DNA from: Lama glama
Lineage: Eukaryota
Direction: 5' to 3'
Length of the DNA stretch: 64,000 nt
Assembly (NCBI GenBank): GCA_028534125.1
Contig: CM052845.1
Coordinates: forward strand, 24,552,001-24,616,000
The position numbers and the translations under genes are program-made. The notes beneath the pieces were generated by a model, which saw only the letters and a program-made list of their open reading frames with translations, made no database searches and was not told the origin of the DNA. Below are positions 1 through 14,707 of this stretch, in pieces (position 1 is the first letter of the stretch; every line of letters begins with the position of its first letter).

Positions 1-157
1 CTGCAGGCCCGTGGACCTCCCAGCACAAGCTCCTCATGTAACGAGCGACATGGACCTGCCCGTGTCCGGCTGATGCGCTAAGAGCACGCGGCTGAGCCGT
101 GGGGACGAGGAAGGTGACTTTCGGGTGATGCTGAGCACGTGACAGTAAGGATGCTAC

Positions 158-506
158 TCATTGCTGTGATGTGAGAGCAACAGAGGTGATGTGTGTGCAA
201 GGCCGGGCACAGGACTGGAGCTGGGGTCTGGGGACTCTCAGCCCGGGCTCTCTCCTCTGTTCCTGCTTTGAAGTAAACACGATGCCTCTTAAGGTAGGAG
301 GGACGTCCCCCTGAGGCAAAGCGAGCTCAGGGAGGGCGGGAAAGCCCAAAGAAGACGACTTCTGACGCTTCTCTGAGGGTCGTAAGGAACAGAGAGCCCC
401 GACCCAGGGCTTGTGAGACACACAGATGTAAGAAAAGGTCTCTGGAAAGGCCTTTTTCCCTTGAAAGCTTAAGCCCTCAGCATTAAAAACCTCCTGGATT
501 TTCAAC
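158..506 (-). pseudogene. Most 3' exon relic seen (R-LKIQEVFNAEGLSFQGKKAFPETFSY...*)
   Basis: Acceptor ctttag|G at 506, phase 2, matches the phase-2 end of exon 8008-8113; open to TGA at 158-160. Confidence 0.6.
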
Positions 507-1789
507 CTAAAGTGTGGGCAGTTGCATCACTAAAGGACACACCCAGATACAGAGTTTCAAAGTGGAGGCTCAGTGCACAGCCCTGGGACTCAGAGAGGGC
601 GGAGGAAGCGAGAGGAGAGCAAGGGAGACCCCCACGGGGAGACTGAAGCCCACGCTCACCTGCGTCCTGGTGGCTCTCAAAGCCCCAGCTCTCCCGGGAC
701 TTGCTCTAGACGAGGCAGCGGGAGAGGGAGCTGCGTGATGGGGTGGAGCGCGCAGACCAGCCTGCGGGGTCAGGGACGGCCTCGCCTGCCTGGTGCCTGG
801 TTTTGCCGGGAGGCGGGGCCCGGCCGTCTGGAGCTGGACGATGGAGGAAGAAGCCAGAAACGCTGACCGCCATTAAGGGAGCCTCAGCCAGTGTCTGGGC
901 CAGAGACGGGGCACAGGGTGGGCTTGGAGCAGGATCCGCCTGCCGCTGTTCCTGGTGAGTCCACCCAAGTTCCCGGCCAAGGAGGCCCCTTCATTTGGGT
1001 CCAACTGGCCTTCAGCCACATTTCATGTTAACAGAGGAGAGCCCCTGAAGCGTGGTTTGCTTTGAGCCATCCACCCTCGTAAGGCAGGTGGGTGACATCC
1101 CCACCTCGGTCTGTCTCTCACGTCACATCATCCGAGAGGATCCCCGGCAGCAGGGTGGGAAGCCGGGATGTGGTCCTGCTCAGATTTCTGTCGGGACGCC
1201 TGCTCTTGCCAGCCGACTGAAACTCTGTGAATCAGGATTGGCAGCTTTCTGCTGGAGTCCTGCCAAGGTGGTGCTTGGAGGGCAGGCCCTGGGAAGGCTG
1301 CTGCGAGTGGACTGAGACGCAGAAAAGCTGTCACAAGAGGAGCCTGTCCACTGCAGTTGCCCTGGGGCAGAGGCCAGGGCCACACTGCCCACAGGGACAG
1401 CTCGTCAGCGTCAGGGGTACGGGCAGCGGGGATGCCACCCCACCAGGAAGATCAGCTGACAAACAAGCAGAAAACCAGCCAGCAAGGTGCATCTGTGGGC
1501 TCCGGCTCAGACCCCGCACACACGTCCACGGACGTGGATGCGTTCACAGGTGCGCAGAAACACACCACACACCACACACATATGCCCACATACACACGCA
1601 GACACGCACACCTGTGTCTACGATTAGCCTCCGGTGCTAAAGGAGGCTTGAGATGGTTACAGAAACAACTCTCACGTAAAACCGCTCAGGATAAAGGGGC
1701 GCTGGGCTGCAGAGCTTGAGCCGCATCGAGATCTGACAAAGAGCTGCCGAACCAACAGCCTAACTTACTCAGCGTCTGGGGCGACGTGC

Positions 1790-2112
1790 GTAGGTTCTAT
1801 CACCACCACAAATCAACACACTCTCAGCGGCTTAAAACAACACAAATTCACTGTCTCTCTGTTCGGGGTGTCAGAAGCCCAAAATGGGTCTCGTTGTTCT
1901 AAAGTAAGCGTTCACCAGGGCTGGATTCCTCTCTGGAGGCACCAGGGAACAGCCTGCTCCTTGACTTTTCCTTCCTGCAGACGCTGCCCTCAGTCCTGGC
2001 TCGGGGCCCCTCCTCCACCGTCAGCCGGTAGACCGTCCCCTCACCCCTCTGCCTCTCTCTTCTGATCCACTCTTCCACTTGTAAGAACCCTTGAGACTGT
2101 GCTGAGCCCGAG
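1790..2112 (-). mobile_element. MaLR (MLT1-type) LTR fragment
   Basis: ggcttaaaacaacacaaatt...tgtcagaagcccaaaatgggtctc...cttgtaagaacccttg resembles the reverse complement of MLT1; cut off where the L1 begins. Confidence 0.7.
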
Positions 2113-5100
2113 CAGGGCTACACCAAGACACAGTGTAATTAAACTGTCAAAATTCAAAGACAAGGAGGACATTTCAGGAGCAGCAAGAGAAAAGAGAGAA
2201 GTTACATACAAAGGGAACCCCCATTAAATGACCAGATTTATCAACAGGAACTTATCAGGCCAGGGGAGAATGGGGTGACATTTTCAAAATATTGAAAGAA
2301 AACAAAAAGGCAACCCCTGGTTCTGTGTACCTGGCAAAGCTGCCCTTCAGAAACAGGGGGGACGGGGACGTTCCCGAACAAAGGCCGGGGGCCCATCACC
2401 ACCGGCCCTGCCTCACAAGACACGCTCACGGGAGCTCTTCCGGGGGAGTGAAAGAATGCTGACTGACTTCACGCAGACACAGAGTGGCAGCAAACCTGTC
2501 CCTGGTTTGGTAGCTACGGTCATGGCCAGATCCGGCATTGCGGTGATACTGGCACATAACTAACTCACTTACAGCTCTAGTTTAAAAGTTACTAGTCACG
2601 CAATGTAAAAATCATGTAAATTTTAACAGCAGTAACCTAAAATGTGAGGGAGAAGAGAAGTGAGGGTGTAGAGAATACAAATTCTATTGAAGTTGAGTTG
2701 TTACTAGTTTAAAACAGGGTGTGATAAATTTGAGATGGTTCATGTGACCCTCATGATAACCACCAGGGAAAAGCTCACACAATTACACAGAAGAACATGA
2801 CAAAGAAGTCAAAGTACATCAGCACCAAAAGACATCAGAACACACACAAAGACAGCAGGATAAGGAACAGGAAACAGCGGGTCTGCAAAACAACCGGAAC
2901 AGCGAGCAAAGTGGCAACAGTAATTCCTTCCCTGTCAGAAATTATGTTAAATGTAAGCAAATTAATTATCTAACCAAAAGACATAGAATAAATGAATGGA
3001 TTACAAAAAAAGATCCAACAATATGTTGCCCACAAGAGACTCACTTTAGCCTTAAAGATATATATAGACTGAGAGTGAAGGGGCGGAAAAAGACATTTCA
3101 AGCAAATGGTAATCCAAAAATGTAGGGACAACTATACTGAAAAAAAAATAGGTTAAACTAAAAATGGTAAAAAGAGACAAAGAAAGTCATCATATAATGA
3201 AAAAGGGATCAATCCATCAAGAAGATACAACAATTATAAATATTTATGCACCCAACATTGAAGCACATACGTATATAAAGCAAAAACCAACAGAGCTAAA
3301 AAGAGAAATAAACAGCAACACAGTAATAGCTGGGGAATTTAACACTCCACTGTCAGCAGAGAATACAGTTCATCCAGACAGAATCAACAGGGAGATGGGA
3401 AATTTGGACAACACCATGGACCAAATGGACGTAACAGAGATACACAGACATAGGTACAGCATTAATCTAACAGCAGCAGGATACATTCCTCTCAAGCACT
3501 CGTGGAACATTTTCTGACCACAATGGCACAAAGCTAGAAGTCAACAAAGAGAGGAAAGCTGGAAAATCCACAGACACGTGGAAGTTAAACAACACTCTTC
3601 TGAACAAGCAACAGATCAGAGAAGAAATTTAAGGGGAAATAAAAGTTTCTTGAGAAACAAAAATGGGAACCCAACAAACCAAAAATTATGGGATGCAGCA
3701 AAAGCAGTTCTAAGACAGGTCACAGCAATAAACGCCTACACTAAGAAGCCAGATCCCAAATATACAACCTAACTCTGTACCTTAAGGAGCCAGAAAAAGA
3801 ACAAATTATGGGTGAAGCTGGCAGAAGAAAGGAAATAATAAAGATTAGAGTGGAAGCAAATGAAATAGCAGGAAAATAACAGAAAAGATTTACAAAACTA
3901 AGAGTTCACTCTTTGAAAAGACAAATTGACAAACCCTTAACAGACCAGCCAAGGAAAAAAGAGAAAGAACACAAATCAATAAAATTATAAGTGAAAAGGG
4001 GGGCATTACAACTCATACCACAGAAATTCAAAGGATCATAAGAAGCTACTATGAACAACTATACACCAACAAACTAGATAACCTAGAAGAAATGGAAGCA
4101 TTCTTAGAGACATTCAACTTTTCAAGACTGAACCAGGAAGAAAGAGAAAATCTGCAAGACCAATGACTAGTTAGGAGACTGAACCAGTGATCAAAAATCT
4201 CCCAACGAAGAACATGGCCTGACGGCGTCACTGGGGAATTTTCCCACACGTTTAAAGAAGAATTAACACCAATAATCCTCAAGCTCTTCCAAAAGCTCCA
4301 AGGAAGGAACACTCCCAAACTCCTTTTATGAGGCCAGCGTTACCCTGACCAAAGCCAGAAAAGGACAGTACAAGTAAGGAAAATTCAGGCCAACGTCCCC
4401 AATGAACTTCGATGCAGAACTTCTCAGTAAAATGCTGGCAAACTGAATTCAGAAGCACATTGAAAGGATCGTTCACCGTGACTAAGTGGGATTGATCCCT
4501 GGGATGCAAGGATGGTTCAAGATACACAAATCAATGTGACACATCACATGAAGAGAAAAAAAAAATTCGATCATTTCAATAGATGCACAAAAAGCATTCA
4601 ACAAAAGTCAACATCCATTCACGATAAAAACAATCTTAACAACCTGCACGCAGAAGGAACATGTCTCAACATGACACAGGCCACATGCGACCGGCCTGCA
4701 GCTACCATCACACTCAGTGGTGACAAGGTGAAATCCTTTCCTCTAAAATCAGGGTCACGAGACAAGGACGCCCCCTCTCACCACTTTGTTCAAGACAGCA
4801 CTTGAAGTCCTAGCCAGAGAAATCAGGTAAGAGAAAGAAGCACAGGGCGTGAGCATGGGAAAGAAAAGTAAAGTTGTCTCCATTTGCAGAACATACGCTC
4901 TTACACACAGAAAACCCTAGACTCCACCAAAACACTGTTGGAACTAATCAATTAACGCAGTAAAGCTGCAGCTTAAAGAATTAGCATTCAGAAGTCAGTA
5001 GCACTTCTGCACACTAACAAACTATCTGAAAGAGGAATGAATAAAATGATCCCATTTACAACAGCATCAAAAGCAATACAATACTTAGGAACAAACGCAA

Positions 5101-6822
5101 CCAAGGAAGTAAAACGTCTCTACACTGAAAACAACGAGACAGTGATGAGAGAAACTGAAGAGCACACACACAAATGAAGCAGCAGCCTGTGCTCATAGGC
5201 GGGAGGAATCAATACTGCTACGATGTCCACACTGCCAAAGCCATCCACAGATTCAGCGCAATCCCTGAAGAGATTCTAATGGCATTTTTCACAGAAGTAG
5301 AAAAAATGTGCCTAAAGTTGATACGGAACCACGGAAGACTCTGGACAGCCAACTAAACCTGAGAAAGAAGAACGAAGCCGGAGGCGCCGCACGTCCCCGT
5401 CTCAAGCTGCGTTGGGAAGCTGCAGTCATCAGACAGTGGCCACTGGAATAAAAACAGACAAACCAACAGAACAGAATCAAGAGCCTAGGAACAAACCCAC
5501 ACATATGCAGTGAACAATATTAGACAAAAGAGCCAAGAATGGTCAATGGAGAAAAAAGTCTCACCAGTGAGTGGTTCTGGGATAACTGGACAGTCACATA
5601 CAGAAGAATGAAACCGGACCCCTACTTTACACCACTCACAGAAGGCAACTCAAAAGGATTACAGACTCAAAGGCAAGACCTGCAACCATGAAAACTCCTA
5701 GAAGAAAACACAGAAACACAGCTCCTTGACACGGGTCTTGGCAACGATGTTTTGGGACAACAAAACAAAAAATAAGTAAGTGAGATCACGTCCAAAAAAA
5801 GGCTTCCCCACAGCAAAACAGGAACCGTCAACAAAATGAAAAGATAAGCTACTGAGCTGGAGGAATCGCTGCCAACCACAGAGCTGATGAGGCGCCAGCA
5901 GCCAGAACACACGAAGAACTCACACAGCTCAACGCCAAAAAGCGCAGGGTCCAATTAAAAAATACGCAGAGAATCTGGAGAGACACTTCTCCAAGGACGA
6001 TACAGGAAAGGCCAGGAAGTAAGCAAGAGGGCGCTCTGCATCACTAGCCATCAGGGGAATGCACATCGAAGCCACAGTGAGCGGTCACCTCCCATCTGTC
6101 AGCACGCTCATTACCAAGAAGACAAGACACATCGAGTGCTGGTGAGGGCGTGGAGAAGAGGGAACCTTTGCGCACTGCTGGCGGGAATGTAAACTGGTGC
6201 GGCCGCTGTGGGAAACACTGCGGAGGTTCCTCAAGAAGTGGACTGCCATCATATCCAGCAACTCCACTTCGGGGGGTTTATCCGAAGACAAGTATACATG
6301 CGCGCGCGCACACACACACACAATGGAATATACTCAGTCACAGAGAAAAGCGTAGATGCTCCCATTTGGGTGACACTGAGGGCACTCCGTTAAGCGCAGC
6401 CAGTCACCCTGAAAGACCAGCACTGCGTGATCCTACTTCTCTGTGGAATCCGAAACACACACAGACCCACAGAAAGACCAGACCGTGCACCTCTGACTGC
6501 AAGCCTCCGGCCAGAAGACAAGGAAGGGCTGGGGAGGTGACGTGGAGCCTGGTGGCACCGCTAACGCTGCCGAGCGATGGACAGGCAAGGTGCTGACGCT
6601 AAATCCCGTGTCCTCATCACAAGGAGAAGAATCTTCCCTTTGTCCTTCCTTCTTCTCTTTTCACTGTGTCCACATGCGAAGATGGACGTTAGCTGACCTA
6701 CTGTGGTTACCGTGTCGCAATGTCCATGTCACAGTGTAAGTCAACCATCACGCCTCGTGCCTTAAACTTCCACAGTGACAGATGTCGGCTATTTCTCGGT
6801 AAAACAGCAAAACAAATAAAAG
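2113..6822 (+). mobile_element. 5'-truncated LINE-1 (ORF1 3' part, inter-ORF, degraded ORF2, 3'UTR, A-tail)
   Basis: ORF2 endonuclease peptide TIINIYAPN (3164-3517), KLWDAAKAVLR, RT-region gtgggattgatccctgggatgcaaggatggttcaa, 3' end ...cttaaacttccacagtgac...aaacaaataaaa; many stops and frameshifts; internal deletion near 3515. Confidence 0.97.
6299..6322. repeat. (CG)5(CA)n microsatellite within the L1 3' region
   Basis: tgcgcgcgcgcacacacacacaca. Confidence 0.9.
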
Positions 6823-8007
6823 CGCTTAAATCTGAGTCTGGACCCCTGATGTCAGAGTGTTTTTAAACAGGGTTCCCGTCCTGAAGGTGGGGGCTGCACA
6901 CAGTCCTGAGGCTGCCACACCCCGACTCGCACAGGCAGCCACACTGAAGGGGAAAGCTCAGTGCGTTTGGGGACCGCACGCGGGCAGGCCGTCAGGGGTC
7001 TGGGAGGGTCGCAGGGCAGAAGGACTCAGCAAGTCAGACCAGAGGACAGCCACCCTGTTCCAGCAACACTGTCCCCCGAGGAGCAAGACTCCAGATGGAT
7101 GGTTTTATGATGAATAAGCATCCTGGGATGAATGGAAACACCATGAATCACTCTAACAGCCGCCAGAGACTGTCCTTGAGGAAACAAAATGAAAAGCATC
7201 GTTCTAATGAGCACAGGAGATAAATTACGGGGGACGCGAGGGGCCGTGGGGCTGCACGCAGTGACACGAGGACACACAGTCCTGGAGCGAGAGGCTGGAA
7301 ACGTGCAGAGGAACCCTGGTGGAGCTCGAGGCACAGAGGGAAGACGCTGAGAAACTCAACCTCGAGGGAGCGGCGCTGAGGCCAGTGGGGCGAGTCTCCT
7401 ACCCCCGCTGGGCCTGCTCGGCGGTGTCTGTCCCTGCTCGGCGGTGTGTCCCTGGCCCCCAACCCCTCCTCGGCCGCCCTCAAGGGGCCCACCTGGCTCA
7501 GTTACCCACAGGTCCCTCTTCTCTGACCAACCCCCACGTCTCCACGTTGTCTCCACAAGGCGACTGCACAGGGACTAACACCAGTAGGACAGAAGGAGCC
7601 TCCTGGGGTCTCCGTCCTGACAGATCAGGCTCCACACTGCAGGGGGGCGGGGTCTGCAGCCAGCAGGCTGGACTGGGCAGACCACCGGAACCCCCCAAGA
7701 CGTGCAGTCTTCCCTTCGCCAGCCTCAGTCTGACAGCGCCTTCCTTTCACGCTTTCTTCCATCGTGCTCATGCATCCTGGACGCCAGCGTTCAGTAACCA
7801 AGAGAGCTACAGACACGCACAGGGAAAGATTCTCCACCACCGAGATGGAATTCACTGTTTGGCACTAATCTCATCAAGGTGAGTTTGGGTCATTAAGATC
7901 GTTTTCCCAGAAATCTCATTAATTTTCTGAAGCCAACCTTTGAGTCTTCTCACCAAGAGGCCTGAGAAATAGCTGTTGACCCAAACACTTTCCAGATGGT
8001 TCTTTAC

Positions 8008-8113
8008 CGTGACTCCGCCGTGTGTGTCTTTACTGAATCCTTGTGTTTATGTTTCATCCAAAATTTTAATGTAATGTCCACTAATTTGTAACACAGTCCC
8101 AAAGTCTATTTTT
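8008..8113 (-). pseudogene. Exon relic E-K*TLGLCYKLVDITLKFWMKHKHKDSVKTHTAES-R (end of RGS-like box 4)
   Basis: Strong acceptor cccttttttcctgctttgtag, donor CG|gtaaag; 106 nt, phase 1->2, compatible with both neighbours; one TAG. Confidence 0.7.
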
Positions 8114-8346
8114 CTACAAAGCAGGAAAAAAGGGAATTGCTCCACAAATTAATAGCCAGAATATATTACAAAGGAAACGCTCAACCTGCTTGAAAATTGC
8201 AATGTATTTATTTATTCATTCAAGCGGTTTCCTAAACGGTATCTATTCAGTCATGCTTTTAATTATTTCCACTTAGAGTGAAGACATTAAAATTTCATTT
8301 CTATAAAATTACCCAGTAGCCTGGAATCCTTCTCAGGAACTCAGAC

Positions 8347-8386
8347 TGTGGTGTGTGTGTGTGGGTGTGGGTGTGTGTGTGTGTGT
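8347..8386. repeat. Imperfect (GT)n microsatellite
   Basis: gtgtgtgtgtgtgggtgtgggtgtgtgtgtgtgtg. Confidence 0.9.
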
Positions 8387-11300
8387 TCTAAATTCTCTGT
8401 AATTATTTCAGATGCAAGAATTACTATCTGATGACTTACAATTTTTTAAAGTGAACAATCTGAACATCTGAAACACCACCTCCAGCCAACATCTAATCTG
8501 TTCATAAAAGTCTAAGGAACAAACCTGAAACCTGCTGACCAGCCCACACTGGGCACAAAATCTACATAGAAAGTTTCTGGGTTCAAATATCTTTTTTACA
8601 TTCAGAGAAGCAGACCCACCCTGCGCTGCCTCTTGTTCCTACTTCAGCTTCCAGAGAAAGGAGGGGACGGGCCGGATGGTCACTGGGTGTGTCTCTCATT
8701 TAACTCCCACGGAACTTCGAGCCGCAGACGTGATTATAGCGTTGGTGAAGTCAGAGCAGAAGCTCAGAGAGCTGAGTCCCAAGGTCACAAAGTGAAATGC
8801 GGGTCGACAGACGGAGGGTCCAGCCCGCCTCTGCCATGGAAGGCTCGGTGCTGTAACTAAGCTGACTGCGTCCCCTGAGCCTCGCCGGCCTCAGCAGAAG
8901 GGAGCGGCCGGGGCATCTTCCAGGGCAGCTGCGAGCGAGGACTCAGCCCCGTGTCCGAGCCCGGCCCCCTCTCTGGTCACTCCTGACCTTGGCACTTCTG
9001 GGCCAAACCCTCAGAGACCGCAGCTGGCTCCTGCCCCTGGTGACAAGCTCTTGGGGGAGAAGGACGACTGGTGGCAAGAACTGTTTCGCTTCAACGACGA
9101 CAACCAGGACAGCTGCCACCCCGTCTGAAACGCGCTCCCTGCCCTGGAGCCCCAGGCAGCTTCCACCTCCCACTTCCACTCGCTCCTCGGGGAACACGGC
9201 CACGCAGGTGACCTCGAGCCCCTCACAGACGCTGCTGGGCGTTCCGGCTCAGCTGCACGGGCCCCTGCCGACGCCTGAGCCAGCCTGAGGGCGCCTGGGC
9301 ACCCCGCACGCTAATTTTCAGAGAAGCTCTAATCCATTCGTCAGTTAACTGACTGGCTCTACCCCAGGGAAAGGCAGGCCTCTGACTGAAACTAGTTTGT
9401 AAAACTCGTCAGTTAACAGGCTGCTCTGCACCCAGGTGAACGTGCCCCTGGGAAGCACGGCCTGAGAAGCTCCCACCAAATGCGCGGTGATCAGTGAGCG
9501 GGGGTCTCCAGGGACCAGAGGCTTTTGCAGAAGGTGGGACGGCCCGCAGCTGGGTTCCTGGTGGGATGCAAAACGCTGTGCCTCCTCCCGCCACACCTTC
9601 ACCTCCCAGCCTCTCTGCACGGGTCGGGCAGGGACCGCCCAGGGAGGGGGGCTCTGGGACGTGCAGCCGCCTCCCGCTGGGCTCCGCGGAGATCAGGGCT
9701 CATCGCAGGAGGCACCTTCATCAAGAGCAAATCAGCTCAGCCCTCTTGTCTTCCTGAAGTTAAGCCACACTCTGCACCACAACTAGGCGTCGTCCAAAGT
9801 CCCTGCAATTATTCCCAAACCGACAAGCTCACAAAAGAAAACCCGCAGGGCCTTTCTCTCCAACTTCTCCATGACTCAGGGCAGGTCGTCGAGCCTGTCA
9901 CCAAGAGCGAACACTGGACGTGAAGTAAGCACCAGCCCTGCCCGTCCCCGATCCACTCTCCAGCGGGGCAGCTCTGGAGGGGAGATGCTGCCTCTAAGGC
10001 CACCTTCCAGTGGCCCAGGGACTCGCCTGCCCCCAGAGGAGGCTGACTGCTAGGACCCCGGAGAAAGGACATGTTCTTCTGGTGCAACCCACAGCCGACC
10101 AGAAGTCCCCACGAGGGGAGCAGGGGAGATGATGACGACAGAAGGCACGTGGACATTCAGTCCTCTGGACGTCACCCAGCTCCTTCCTCTCGAATCTCTG
10201 GGTCAGGGATGTCGAGAGAGCAGCCATGTGGACAGAGGCGGTTCACGTCGGAAAAGCTCAGGTCAGGTCAGTGAGGGAGGAACGATGAAGACCCGCCGGG
10301 CTCAGGCTCACCCACTGGGCCCACCAAGCCTCCTGCGCGGGAGGCCGTCACGGGAGCTCCTGGGGACAGCGTGTGGCACGTGCCTCCCACCTGTCACCTG
10401 GGGTGGACCCATTGCCCACGACCAAGAGCCAGCCCCACCCTGTTCTCCGTCAGTTCACAGTCACCCAAATACGTCAGAACTGAACCAGCTGAAAACAGGT
10501 TTCCATGCACACTCCAGCACGACGTGCGAATTCACTCGTCCCGGACAGACCCTCCATGTGTGGGTGCCTGCGTGCAGATACGCCTTCTGTGCAGGTGTAT
10601 CCACGCACGTGCACACAGTAAAATATAACCTATCTATAGAAGAGCTTGAGACAATTTACAGAAACACCCAAAACAAAACTGAAGTGCGCTGTCCAGAGGT
10701 GACCCTCCACAACACAGAAACAGTCACGAGGAACAAGAAGAGGTGAGACCCAGCCCCTGCCGGCGGTGACATCGAGCCCCGACCTGCGTCTCCAGGGTGT
10801 GGCCTCACCCCTGAGAGCAAAGCGAAGAGACTGCACGCTCCGCGCAGTAACGCGGCTCACACCAGGTTTGCTGGCATTCTGACAGAGGCCCGGTGGAAAA
10901 CACAGAAATGGAAGTAAACGTTAATTAAGCTGGAAGGAAATATTCCTGGACTTCGGGGAGAATCAGAAATGCCAACAGCCTCAGCTGAGTAAATGTGCCT
11001 CATTTGGAAGCACCTTCACCAAGTGCAGTGGGTCCCGGCAAACCCGCGTCTGCAGGGCCCTCCTACGAGCGCAGGGACACTCGCGTGTCCAGCCTCCTGG
11101 GAGCCACTGCAGAGACAGAGGCCAGGCCCCTTGGACACAGGTGGCCGCGCCCTCCGCGCAGGCCTACTGGAAATCTTCCTTCGCTTTCCCTCTGAGTCTA
11201 GAGACCCAGCTCAGCCCCCTTCTCGGCACAGCAGAGCGGGTGGCAGCTGCGCATGACGTGAACCCGTTCGTCTTCCTGGCGAGCAGGACGGTACAGGTTG

Positions 11301-14300
11301 GACCCCAGGGCCTGCTGAGCCTCCCGGCCCAGCCTCACCGGCCACACCGGGCGGCCACCTGCCAGCCTCTCTAAGCTCCGCTATTTGCAGAAGGGGGACA
11401 GGCTTTCATCAGGGGGCTACTTCTCAGAGTGAAACTACAGAGAAAACAGGCTTAAAGACGCTTCACAGAGAAACAGACGTGATCAGTAACACGTCCTCCT
11501 ATCGGGCAAAGTCCCTGCTTCTTCAGGAGGGGGGGCCGCCCGCCAGAGGGCCTGGTCCTTCTCCCAGCTGCTCACTCACGGCCTCCACGCCCCCCCACAG
11601 AGAACCGTCCACTGATGCCAAGACCCGCATCTCCTGTCTCTGCGCCCAGCCCCTCCGGCGACCAGACACGGGGAGGAACCTAGATGGCAGGGCCCTCAAC
11701 CCCGTTTCCTGCCTTCCAGGCCCATGACCCGCGCTGCGGCCCCTCGGCGTTGATTACACGTCCCTGAACCACAAGAAAGGAGGTGAGGAGGTGGGCAGAC
11801 TGTCCGGACGTCCACAAAGGCCTCCAGGAAGACCGTCTCCTAGGGGGATCCTCCGTGGGGCCACAGGATGTGTGAGTCTGGATCTCAGTATTAACAAGGA
11901 ATTCACTTTTCTCAGGTGCAAACTCTAACCCAACTCAGGCCCACAGAGCAGAGCTGGTCATTAGTCCAGAGGAAGCTGCCTGACGGACAAACACTAGCCG
12001 CCACCAGCCTGGCGTCTCAGAGAGCAGGGCCTGGGAGCTCGCGCACGCAGGCCCCTCTCTCACAGGTTCAGGAACCTTCTGTGTCATCTTCCTCACCCCA
12101 AGTGTGCTCTCCCAGGCTTGCCAGGTGCCTCCCCCAGCACCCACAGCCCCGAGCTGTCTCCGCCCCACGGTCTGCGGTCCAGCCGCCGGTGGGTCCCACC
12201 CCGCCGCAGACTCCCGCCCCGCCCGTGGGAGTCCCGCCCGAGCGTTCTTCCCATCACGTGAAGCCGGCTGCAGACTTGACCTCCTGGGAGGGCCTGGTCC
12301 CATCACAACCCCGAGTCCAGGCCAGGCCCCCTCAACTGCCAAATGTGTCTGAATCACCACAAGATCGTTTCTCTGTCATCAAAAGTAAAGCCCCAGCCGG
12401 TGTTTCCCAAATCGGCACAAATCTGTATCCAGCAGAGTGTGAACCGGTGCTGCTCCCCTCTGTGTCGCGAGTGGGAAGCGGAGGCCAGAAACCCTTAGAG
12501 GCCTGTTCTGTCTCTGGATGAACATTCCTCTTCCAGAAATTTCTGGTGGGCTACACATCCCATCTCAGCAGTCCAGTGTCTTAAATTTTAGCTAAACTGG
12601 ACCAGTTTCACTCCTGTGCACAGTGGAAATCAGAGTCTCCACCGCAAACATCTGTGAGGTGTCATCCTCGCTTCCAACACTGGTGAAACGTCTGCCCAGG
12701 TCTGAGCCCAGGGAAAGCCACCGGGAGCAGCTGGGGACACTCCGGGGAGTGCCGGCAGCACGGCGACTGCGCGACTGAGAAGATTCGGTGCCGTCTGTAT
12801 TTGGAGTTTGCGGTTGTCTTTTTATTTATTTAAGTTAGTGGTTGCTAAGAAAGGCACACCCTAAGGACGTGGCAGGGGGCACCCCCAAAGCCTTCCTCAG
12901 TGCACGGGGGACCATCCCTCCGGGTGCCGACAGCTCAGGCACTGCGCCAGCGAGTCACTGTCACAGACGGAAGTAACATGTGCTTAGCTCCCGCCACATT
13001 GTTGCAGCGTGAGTCACCAGCCTGCTGGGAGGGGCTCTGAAGTCCACGACGGAAGCACTGCGAAGTCTTGTTGTTACTGCCTGCTTTTACATGACAGCAA
13101 ATGCACCATTCTGGTGATGCGATGTCGTCTTCACGGGCATTTAAGAGCTGCCCCCGCAGCAGCCCCTGATGCACAGTTACTCAGAATAACTCCCGCACGT
13201 GTTCCTTCCGCGGCAGCCTGAGCTTGTGCAGTTGACGGAGGGCCCTGGTGAGAATGAAGGAAATGCCGGGGGGAGTTTGCGACAGACCTGAAAGGCCCGG
13301 TCTAGGGCCACAGGAGGGCACTGCAGACCAGGCGTGGGGGTGCTGGAGGAGCAGTGAGATGGCATCACGAGAAGACGCAGGACAGACGTGATCCAGGCCA
13401 TCCCCGCATGGCTGCAGAGAATCCCGGGACAGAACCACCCCTCTCGGGGCGAGTGCAGGTGACCGTCTGCACGGCCCTGCAGACATCCACAAAGCACCCC
13501 TGCTTGTCCTTTCCGAGGGTGACAAGTCATCAGAAGACTCTCACCACCTCCCCCACCCCCCCGAGTCAGCCTGAAGCTCAGGTAGGTCCGGACGTGGCCA
13601 AAGCCCGGGCCCCGTGTCAGCCGTGGTCCTCTGTGAGCTCGGGGCCCTGCCATCTGCACAGGGGAGCCCTGGATGGCCGGGTCTCTGAGCTCCACCTCCC
13701 ACAGGGAGCAGCCTGGCGTGGAGGCTGCTGCCGAGATGCTGCAACTCTGCAGCTGCTCCTCCCGACGGCTCTGCTCCTAGGGCAGCAGGACCCGGGAAGG
13801 GCAGACCCACGGGCCCAGGAGGAAGACGACCCCGGGCACACGACGGTCACAGAAGCAGGTGGACCGATGACTGAGGAACAGAATCCTTGCTTCCTCGTGA
13901 AACAAGTCTGCTCGGACCATAGAAACCCATTCTGAATCAAGTCATGGTGGTCTGAGGCAGATTTCCACATGTGGGAAGGACACGGGGTTTATTCAGCCAT
14001 AAAGTCATTCATGTCATATGTGCCTCTCGTGGGTACCCAGAGAGGGGAGGGGTGGTCACCCCTAAGCCACCTGCTGGGAACTTGCAAAGGTCTACATGGT
14101 GCTGAGGACACTACCAGACAGGTTACACGGGCTGGTGGGGCCAGAGGGAACGCGGTGGTTTACCCCACGTAACCAGAGCTGCTTTGTGGCCGGCCACCTC
14201 TCCCTCTCACTGGGACACCCGCCAGCGGCTGCCCCGGGGACGCCCCACCACGGTGAGGCCCCTGGGGGAGCACCGCCTCCCTCGGCTCCAACGTACCACC

Positions 14301-14707
14301 TGTCCTGCCTTCCAGCTCGAGGACTGAGTAGTGCGGTCAGGGTTTGCGTCCACTTTTTTGCAGACCACAGCCCGGTGCCCACGACGCCTCACACACCACA
14401 CACGCCGCAACAAGCCCTCACAGGAAACTCCACGACCGCGTCTCGGGTCCCCGACATCGGGGGGCTGTCGGCATCCGGCCACAGAGGCCTCGCCAGACGG
14501 GCCCGGGGGATCTTCCAGAACACAGACAAGCTCTCCGCCTGGCTTGGTGCCCGGCTGCATGGGCACGTGCACACCTGGTACCTGGGCATCCCCCGTATAT
14601 GGGATACATCGATAAAAAGGAATAAATTTGCTTTATGAGAGAAATAAATTACAACCTGGATCCTCATTAGCTTTGTTTTAAGAGTTTGTGTCACTGGGAA
14701 GGCGTAC

